A stretch of 64,000 bases of DNA, taken from an uncultured Bdellovibrionales bacterium (GTDB lineage Bacteria > Patescibacteriota > Minisyncoccia > Moranbacterales > DUUL01). Location of the stretch: contig CAYWJP010000001.1 of assembly GCA_964458715.1 (NCBI GenBank), positions 2,022 through 66,021 of the forward strand, in the 5' to 3' direction. The notes under the pieces are model-generated. The model had not been told where the DNA came from and did no database searches. It worked only from the letters and a program-made list of their open reading frames with translations. The position numbers were made by a program, and so were the translations under genes. The stretch's first letter is position 1. Every line of letters begins with the position of its first letter. Of this stretch, positions 58,686-64,000 are shown one piece after another.

Positions 58686-59291
58686 ATGTTCAGACGATTA
58701 TACTCAGTTAAAATAAAAACTGGTGATTTATTAAAACACGAAACCAAAAGTCATGTTTTGTTTAAATTTTCTTTAGTCCTTTCTGTTTTTATTATTTACT
58801 TTTTGTTTATAGCCAAAAAATATGGAGTTCAACAAGGATTCATGGTTTCTATCTTAACTTGGTCATTTTTTGTACTGTGCACTCCAGTAGCCGATGCTGG
58901 TTTTTTAATTGACTTCCCCTTACGTTTAATTACAAATTTAAAAATGCTTATAGCAGAAGGCTTAGTTTGGCTACTTGCTATCAGTCTTAATATTTACGTC
59001 TTTTTCTTCAATCCTAATATTTACGAAAAAACAAAGTTGCTCAAACTTTTTAAGCATATCCTAGAAAATCCTCTTCCTTTTTGGAGTATTATTTTGATTT
59101 CTCTAATCGGAACTTTTGTCTCTATTAAATTTGGCGATGAACTTTTAGACAAAGTTCAACATAGAGAAAGAAAAATTTACCAAAAACACAAACTTAATCA
59201 CCAATTGATTACCATGATTTTTCTAATAGCAATCTCTCTGGTACTTTATGATTTTCTTCTAAAAAAACTTGGGATTAACTTACCGATTTAA
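58686..59291 (+). CDS. Hypothetical membrane protein (201 aa, about 6 TM)
   Basis: Hydrophobic profile only. Confidence 0.3.
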   Translation: MFRRLYSVKIKTGDLLKHETKSHVLFKFSLVLSVFIIYFLFIAKKYGVQQGFMVSILTWSFFVLCTPVADAGFLIDFPLRLITNLKMLIAEGLVWLLAISLNIYVFFFNPNIYEKTKLLKLFKHILENPLPFWSIILISLIGTFVSIKFGDELLDKVQHRERKIYQKHKLNHQLITMIFLIAISLVLYDFLLKKLGINLPI

Positions 59292-59348
59292 AAAACAAGA
59301 TAATCACAAATATTAAATTAATTTAAAAAACTTCTGAATCTGTATGTA

Positions 59349-59415
59349 ATTTGAGGAAGATTCGATTCGCCGCGGCAAAGGAAAACCTGACAAAGAAGTG
59401 TGCCAAATTTGAAAG
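59349..59415 (+). repeat. Family-1 repeat, degenerate short copy G
   Basis: Retains TTTGAGGAAGATTCGA…TGACAAAGAAGTGTGCCAAAT. Lies 12 nt before the stop of the DnaQ-like gene. Confidence 0.4.
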
Positions 59416-59426
59416 TTTTGCCAATC

Positions 59427-60170
59427 TTATTTTAAATAGTGTTTTAAGGTAAATATCCAATCCTCGTCCGTTCCCTCTTCCTCTTTTGTTTTTTTCAACC
59501 AATTTAAGTACTGTCGATCTTTTTGCACAATATCCTCAACTCTCTCTCCAGTATATTTCCCAAAAGGAAATTTTTTAATTAGGACTGGATTAGATGAAAT
59601 ATCAATCATCCGACCGATGATTTCTTCTTCTGAGGCCTTTGGTGCTTTTTCTTTAGCAACCTTTAATAAATGATTAAAAATCGCTTCCAGGACTATCACA
59701 TCGCCTTCAGCGCTATGAGGGGCGACTTCAACGTCAACTTCATAATAATATCGTAGAAATTGCAGATTATATTCAGGAATTTCTTGTTCAGAATCTAAAT
59801 AACGAGCTAATCGCAAAGTACAAATAGATTGAGAGGTTTTTAAATCCTCGTTGCTTAACATCGCAATATCAAATTTAGCATTGTGAGCCACTAAAATATT
59901 ATCCGGCAAAATCTTTTCCAAGTTTTTGGCAAATTTACTCCCTTGAAAAGCCTCCTCCTTCTCTACTGTTTTATTGGTAATATGAGTAATGCTCATCGCT
60001 TTGACAGAAATAGGGATAGGTGGTTTGAAATTCTTGACTTCAATTTTTCCTTCATCCGCCGTAGCCTTGGCGAAAACGGATCTTTTTCTATAAGCCACTT
60101 GACAAAGCCGATCTTTTTCCAAATCATTCCCCGTTGTTTCCGTATCTAAAAATATTAATTTCTTTTTCAT
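59427..60170 (-). CDS. DEDDh 3'-5' exonuclease (DnaQ/epsilon-like) with a C-terminal extension
   Basis: Exo I LIFLDTETTGND and Exo III HNAKFDIAML motifs. Confidence 0.7.
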   Translation of the reverse strand: MKKKLIFLDTETTGNDLEKDRLCQVAYRKRSVFAKATADEGKIEVKNFKPPIPISVKAMSITHITNKTVEKEEAFQGSKFAKNLEKILPDNILVAHNAKFDIAMLSNEDLKTSQSICTLRLARYLDSEQEIPEYNLQFLRYYYEVDVEVAPHSAEGDVIVLEAIFNHLLKVAKEKAPKASEEEIIGRMIDISSNPVLIKKFPFGKYTGERVEDIVQKDRQYLNWLKKTKEEEGTDEDWIFTLKHYLK

Positions 60171-60175
60171 TTTAT

Positions 60176-60610
60176 TTAATTATTATTTAAAAATTTTTCA
60201 TCAAAAGGATTAAAATTTTGTTTATTCAAATTTTGTTGAGGGATAAAAAGCGGACTTGGTTGTTTGCTATATTCAAACCACTCCCACTTCTCACATTTAT
60301 CTGGCTCCATGAGCTGCGATTCTCCGGAAACATAATCAGCCAGCATTATTATCGTAATATAATGCTTATTTTCTTTAACAAAAAAATCATTAGTAGCCGT
60401 AGCAAATCTTAAATTTTTAATTTCCAAACCGGTTTCTTCTATCGTTTCTCGTCTAGCACACTCCTCCCAAGTTTCGTTAAAATCTAAATGACCACCGGGA
60501 AAACACCAACTCCCCTCACCATGAGAATTTTTTCTTTTCCCAAATAAAACTTTATTGTCTCTTAAGATGCAAACTCCCAATCCAATCTTTGGTCTTTCTT
60601 TTTCACTCAT
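60176..60610 (-). CDS. NUDIX hydrolase (MutT-like)
   Basis: Nudix box GGHLDFNETWEECARRETIEETGLE. Confidence 0.75.
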   Translation of the reverse strand: MSEKERPKIGLGVCILRDNKVLFGKRKNSHGEGSWCFPGGHLDFNETWEECARRETIEETGLEIKNLRFATATNDFFVKENKHYITIIMLADYVSGESQLMEPDKCEKWEWFEYSKQPSPLFIPQQNLNKQNFNPFDEKFLNNN

Positions 60611-60752
60611 AAATTAGGAAAATTAGAATTATTTAAAATAGAACCCACTTTTAAAAACTTTATGAACTTTTGACTTTAAAAACTCACTGCTTCTTGCTTA
60701 AATCTTAAAATTATTGTATCATACATGGAATTGTTATCAAATAATCTTTTTT

Positions 60753-62042
60753 ATGAATAAAGGTAAGGAGCAACATTCTTTTGATATCGCCATTATCGGT
60801 GGAGGCGCTGCTGGTATGATGACGGCTTTTTGGGCCTCTGAACAAGGAGCTCAAGTTGTCTTGCTTGACAAGAATGAAGAACTTGGTCAAAAAGTTGCCA
60901 TGACCGGCAAAGGTCGTTGCAATATCACTCAAGAAAATTTTACCAAAGAAACGCTAATTGATGCTCTTGGGAAAAAAGGACGATTTTTATTTTCAGCTTT
61001 TCATAAATTTAATGTTGAAAAAACTAAAGAATTTTTTGAAAAATCTGGGATAGCTTTAAAAACCGAACGAGGTGGCCGAGTCTTCCCTCAATCTGATAGT
61101 GCCGAAGAAGTTATTTCCGTTTTAAAAAGAAAACTTATCCAAAACGGAGTAGTTTTGATGAGGAAAACTAAACCTCTATCTTTTGAAACTAAAGGCAACG
61201 TTATTAAAAAAATTATTACTAGAAAAAGGGAAATAACTGCCAATCAATTCATTTTTTGCACTGGAGGAAAATCTTATCCGACCACTGGCTCCACTGGCAA
61301 TGGTTATCAATGGGCTAAAAACTTTGGTCATAAAATCGTAAAACCTATTCCTGCTCTAACCCCAATAAAAACTATCAATAAATGGGCCCGGCAACTTCAA
61401 GGAGTTTCTTTAAAAAATGTTAAATTGAGTGTTTTTCAAAATAACAAAAAACAGACAGAGCGTTTTGGCGAAATGCTATTCACTCATTTTGGCCTTAGCG
61501 GTCCAATCATTTTAGATGTTAGCAAGGAAGTTGGAACACTATTGAAAAAAGGCCGAGTAAAAATTTCTATCGATTTGAAACCGGCTTTGGAATTGAAAGA
61601 ATTAGACCAACGAGTTCAAAAAGATTTTCAAAAATACCAAGGTCGAAAATTTATTAATGCCTTGGATGATTTACTTCCCCAAAAAATGATTTCAACTATG
61701 ATTGAAATTTCTAAAATTGATCCTGAAAAAAAAGTTGGGGAAATTTCCAAAGAAGATCGTAAACGATTTGTTTCTTTACTGAAAAATATAGTTTTAAACG
61801 TTGATGATTTAGTAGGTTTTGATAATGCTATCATCACTTCTGGTGGAATTGAACTAGGCGAAGTTGATCAAAAAACCATGAAATCAAAACTGATTAATAA
61901 TCTCTATTTCGCTGGAGAAATTTTGGACTTAGACGGTCCTTCTGGTGGTTACAATCTTCAAATTTGCTGGACTACTGGATATACTGCCGGAAATAGCGCC
62001 GCCGAAACTATTAACGACATTAAATACAATACAGAAAAATAA
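60753..62042 (+). CDS. HI0933/YhiN-like FAD-dependent flavoprotein (aminoacetone oxidase family)
   Basis: FAD Rossmann DIAIIGGGAAGMMTA and family-typical length. The internal ATG is preferred over the first ATG of the track ORF. Confidence 0.7.
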   Translation: MNKGKEQHSFDIAIIGGGAAGMMTAFWASEQGAQVVLLDKNEELGQKVAMTGKGRCNITQENFTKETLIDALGKKGRFLFSAFHKFNVEKTKEFFEKSGIALKTERGGRVFPQSDSAEEVISVLKRKLIQNGVVLMRKTKPLSFETKGNVIKKIITRKREITANQFIFCTGGKSYPTTGSTGNGYQWAKNFGHKIVKPIPALTPIKTINKWARQLQGVSLKNVKLSVFQNNKKQTERFGEMLFTHFGLSGPIILDVSKEVGTLLKKGRVKISIDLKPALELKELDQRVQKDFQKYQGRKFINALDDLLPQKMISTMIEISKIDPEKKVGEISKEDRKRFVSLLKNIVLNVDDLVGFDNAIITSGGIELGEVDQKTMKSKLINNLYFAGEILDLDGPSGGYNLQICWTTGYTAGNSAAETINDIKYNTEK

Positions 62043-62061
62043 TAAATAAGAAGCATAATAA

Positions 62062-62098
62062 AAAGGCTTTCGAATATTTAAAACGAAAGCCTTTTTGA
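62062..62098. terminator. Bidirectional terminator after the flavoprotein gene
   Basis: AAAGGCTTTCG-AATATTTAAAA-CGAAAGCCTTTTTG. Confidence 0.7.
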
Positions 62099-62129
62099 AT
62101 TCAGCATTAATCACAGCTTGACTCCTTTA

Positions 62130-62672
62130 TCAAGATAAAGTTTTTAAACAAAGGGCTGCTATCAGCCCATGTTTATTGCAATAATCCGAGCCAGGAACTA
62201 AGATTATTGCCAAGTTAAAATCTTCGACATAGATAATCATCATCTCCCGGATATGATTATTTATATTATAGACAACTTTCAAAATTTTTGCCTCATGAGA
62301 ACTCTTCTCTAAATAAGCAACAGCTATTTTCCCTGACCGCAAAGGAACGTAGCCCTCAAAATAACTGCTATTCTGAAAGTCTCTCAACCAATTATCGATA
62401 TCAGTAAGACTGTTAACTTCAATTGACTCCCTCTTTCCAGCATATCCGCCTGGCATCAAGAATGAGTGACCGGTTAAGGTTTTCATTCTAGATGTATTAC
62501 CAAGAGCCAATATTTTTTCAGCCTTTTTAAAATCACCGCCAGAGATGATGTCCGAAACGTCACTATCAGTAGGTATTTCTTTAACAGTTTTGAAACTTTT
62601 ACATCCGCTTAGAAAAAAAATACCGACAATTATCATAAACAACGAGATAACGAAAAAAATTGTTTTTTTCAT
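62130..62672 (-). CDS. Putative lipoprotein (180 aa)
   Basis: Signal peptide with lipobox LSGC. Confidence 0.4.
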   Translation of the reverse strand: MKKTIFFVISLFMIIVGIFFLSGCKSFKTVKEIPTDSDVSDIISGGDFKKAEKILALGNTSRMKTLTGHSFLMPGGYAGKRESIEVNSLTDIDNWLRDFQNSSYFEGYVPLRSGKIAVAYLEKSSHEAKILKVVYNINNHIREMMIIYVEDFNLAIILVPGSDYCNKHGLIAALCLKTLS

Positions 62673-62773
62673 AGTTTCTTCCTCCCTTTTTTTATTATAA
62701 ATTTCAAGTTGCTAATAAGTTTTCTAGTATACACTATTAAGATAGAAATGTCAATATCTATATCGTCTTTAAA

Positions 62774-63346
62774 TCAAATTTTACAAACTTTATATTCGCA
62801 TTCTTTTAATAGAACTAATTCTCGATTTTTATCATTTCTTAATTTTTCGAAAATTTCTGCAGGAACAGGACTATAAATTTCTGACTGATAATGAGTTATT
62901 AAATTAATTGAAATAATTTTCAGCCCTTTAATTATTTCATTATAATCTTGATCATAAAAGTTTTCTACCAAAAAAAGAGCTCCCGCTGAAGAACCCGAAA
63001 TGGTTTTTCTGTCTAGATTATTTTTAAATTCTGGATATTTTCTTAAAGCTTCTAATATTTTTAAGGTATCTCCTCCTCGAAAATGAACTGCATTTGCCCA
63101 TTTCAATTGCTCCATAAATTTATCCTTGTCGGCTAATTGAAATTCCAAATCATCTCGCTCTAAATTATCCACAAAATTTTTCTGCGCCCATTTATGTTCT
63201 TCTTCCCAACGCTCCTCATCAATAGAAAAAAGACAAATCAAAATTTTTGGGGGTTTTGGTAAATCTCTGGCAACCTCTTGATGAAATTTTTTATTACTTT
63301 CATTTTGCACACTCGTCATTCCTCCATGTAATATAAATTTGGTCAT
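62774..63346 (-). CDS. Peptidase S51 (dipeptidase E/cyanophycinase-like) family protein
   Basis: GGDTLKIL and nucleophile motif ISGSSAGALF match PepE GGNTF / GWSAGA. Confidence 0.5.
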   Translation of the reverse strand: MTKFILHGGMTSVQNESNKKFHQEVARDLPKPPKILICLFSIDEERWEEEHKWAQKNFVDNLERDDLEFQLADKDKFMEQLKWANAVHFRGGDTLKILEALRKYPEFKNNLDRKTISGSSAGALFLVENFYDQDYNEIIKGLKIISINLITHYQSEIYSPVPAEIFEKLRNDKNRELVLLKECEYKVCKI

Positions 63347-63351
63347 AAAAA

Positions 63352-63663
63352 CTAAATTACTTTTTTAATTCCCTTCAACCCTAAAATTAATAAAATTAAA
63401 ATTAAAATTTTTAAAAAATAGTGACCATCAAAATCAATAAAATCTCTAGTCATTGGAGTTAAATTTCCGACAATTAAATGAATTCCAATTCCAATCGGAA
63501 AAGTTAAAAATAACCAATTTATTTTGGGTATGTCGATTCCAATTTTAACAAAACCTTTCGATAACCACGGTGCTAATAAATACATCCCCAAAAATGCCGC
63601 CCCAAAATCAAAAATCGCATATCCATCCAAACGAAATTGTCTCAAAAATTCTATCGGAATCAT
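63352..63663 (-). CDS. Hypothetical membrane protein (103 aa)
   Basis: 3 TM helices. No motif. Confidence 0.3.
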   Translation of the reverse strand: MIPIEFLRQFRLDGYAIFDFGAAFLGMYLLAPWLSKGFVKIGIDIPKINWLFLTFPIGIGIHLIVGNLTPMTRDFIDFDGHYFLKILILILLILGLKGIKKVI

Positions 63664-63789
63664 ATAGTTATATTTTATGACAAAAGAATTTATTTTAATT
63701 AAGACTAGTTCCTATTATTATAACATTAAATATTTAATCTATTCAATTTTCTTTACAATCAAGAGAAAAGGCGCTATCTTTTTACTTAT

Positions 63790-63877
<88 letters not shown>

Positions 63878-63886
63878 ATGCTTTCT

Positions 63887-64000
63887 TAAATAAAACGCCG
63901 CTTGTTGATTGCAACCAAGCGGCGTAGAAGTTGGTGCGTTTCAGGACCGTGATAGTTACGGCCGCCGTTCAATGTCTTAAAGACAAAGCCGGGCCGGTGA
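63887..64000 (-). CDS. 3' end of a minus-strand ORF that begins beyond the window (Arg/Gly-rich C-terminus)
   Basis: A single frame is open across all 111 nt of the reverse complement (…GGRNYHGPETHQLLRRLVAINKRRFI-stop). Locally about 55% GC, unlike the rest of the window. Confidence 0.25.
63895..63925 (-). terminator. Hairpin with a U-run on the minus strand downstream of the tRNA; also overlaps the end of the partial minus-strand ORF
   Basis: CGCCGCTTG-GTTGCAATCAACAAG-CGGCG followed on the minus strand by TTTTATTTAA. Confidence 0.3.

Noticed and set aside
63930-64000. GC-rich terminal 70 nt as definite evidence of a genomic island.
   Set aside because: Only 110 nt are visible. It is equally consistent with the 3' end of a single GC-richer gene. 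Reported only as a low-interest lead.

Overview
This window is AT-rich (about 33% GC) and gene-dense. Its gene content and layout look like an ultra-small Patescibacteria/CPR-type bacterium: an elongation operon (rpsL-rpsG-fusA-tuf), a reduced dcw division cluster (mraZ-rsmH-ftsL-ftsI-murF-[type IV pilin]-ftsA-ftsZ), the macromolecular-synthesis genes dnaG-rpoD, porGDAB pyruvate:ferredoxin oxidoreductase, serS, lysS, and a surface-glycan locus at the left end (GT2, two GT4, a GT-C-like membrane protein, a Wzx-like flippase) with an RtcB RNA ligase embedded in it. Nearly all housekeeping genes from about 11.8 kb onward sit on the minus strand. One tRNA-Ser(GGA) lies at the right edge. No rRNA, CRISPR array or transposase is visible.

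The most unusual feature is the non-coding DNA. There is a family of at least seven 110-145 nt structured repeats, each starting within 12 nt of a minus-strand stop codon and all in the same orientation. They share conserved core blocks (TTTGAGTGCAGTTCGAGG ... GCGTATGAGATG ... small covarying hairpin ... AACAAAGAAATGTACCAAAC) closed by a long outer stem that differs between copies but stays complementary. They even separate rpsL, rpsG, fusA and tuf. Other recurrent intergenic families are present too: AT-rich (GAATTTT)n heptamer modules near mraZ, rsmH, ftsI, murG, ruvA and rpsT; an AAAGTTAGAAAGTCTATAAAGT motif; a GGYGCTTATTTGWTATTTGTAATTTTAAATTTG pair; and a perfect 32-bp palindrome.

Between mraZ and a NUDIX gene (42.1-45.3 kb) there is an 850-bp ORF-poor region followed by four unrecognisable hypothetical genes in two short operons. 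One operon ends in a translationally coupled Cys-rich micro-ORF interrupted by an in-frame TGA. These are the best candidates for undescribed biology, together with a murE-like/FemAB pair relocated away from the dcw cluster.
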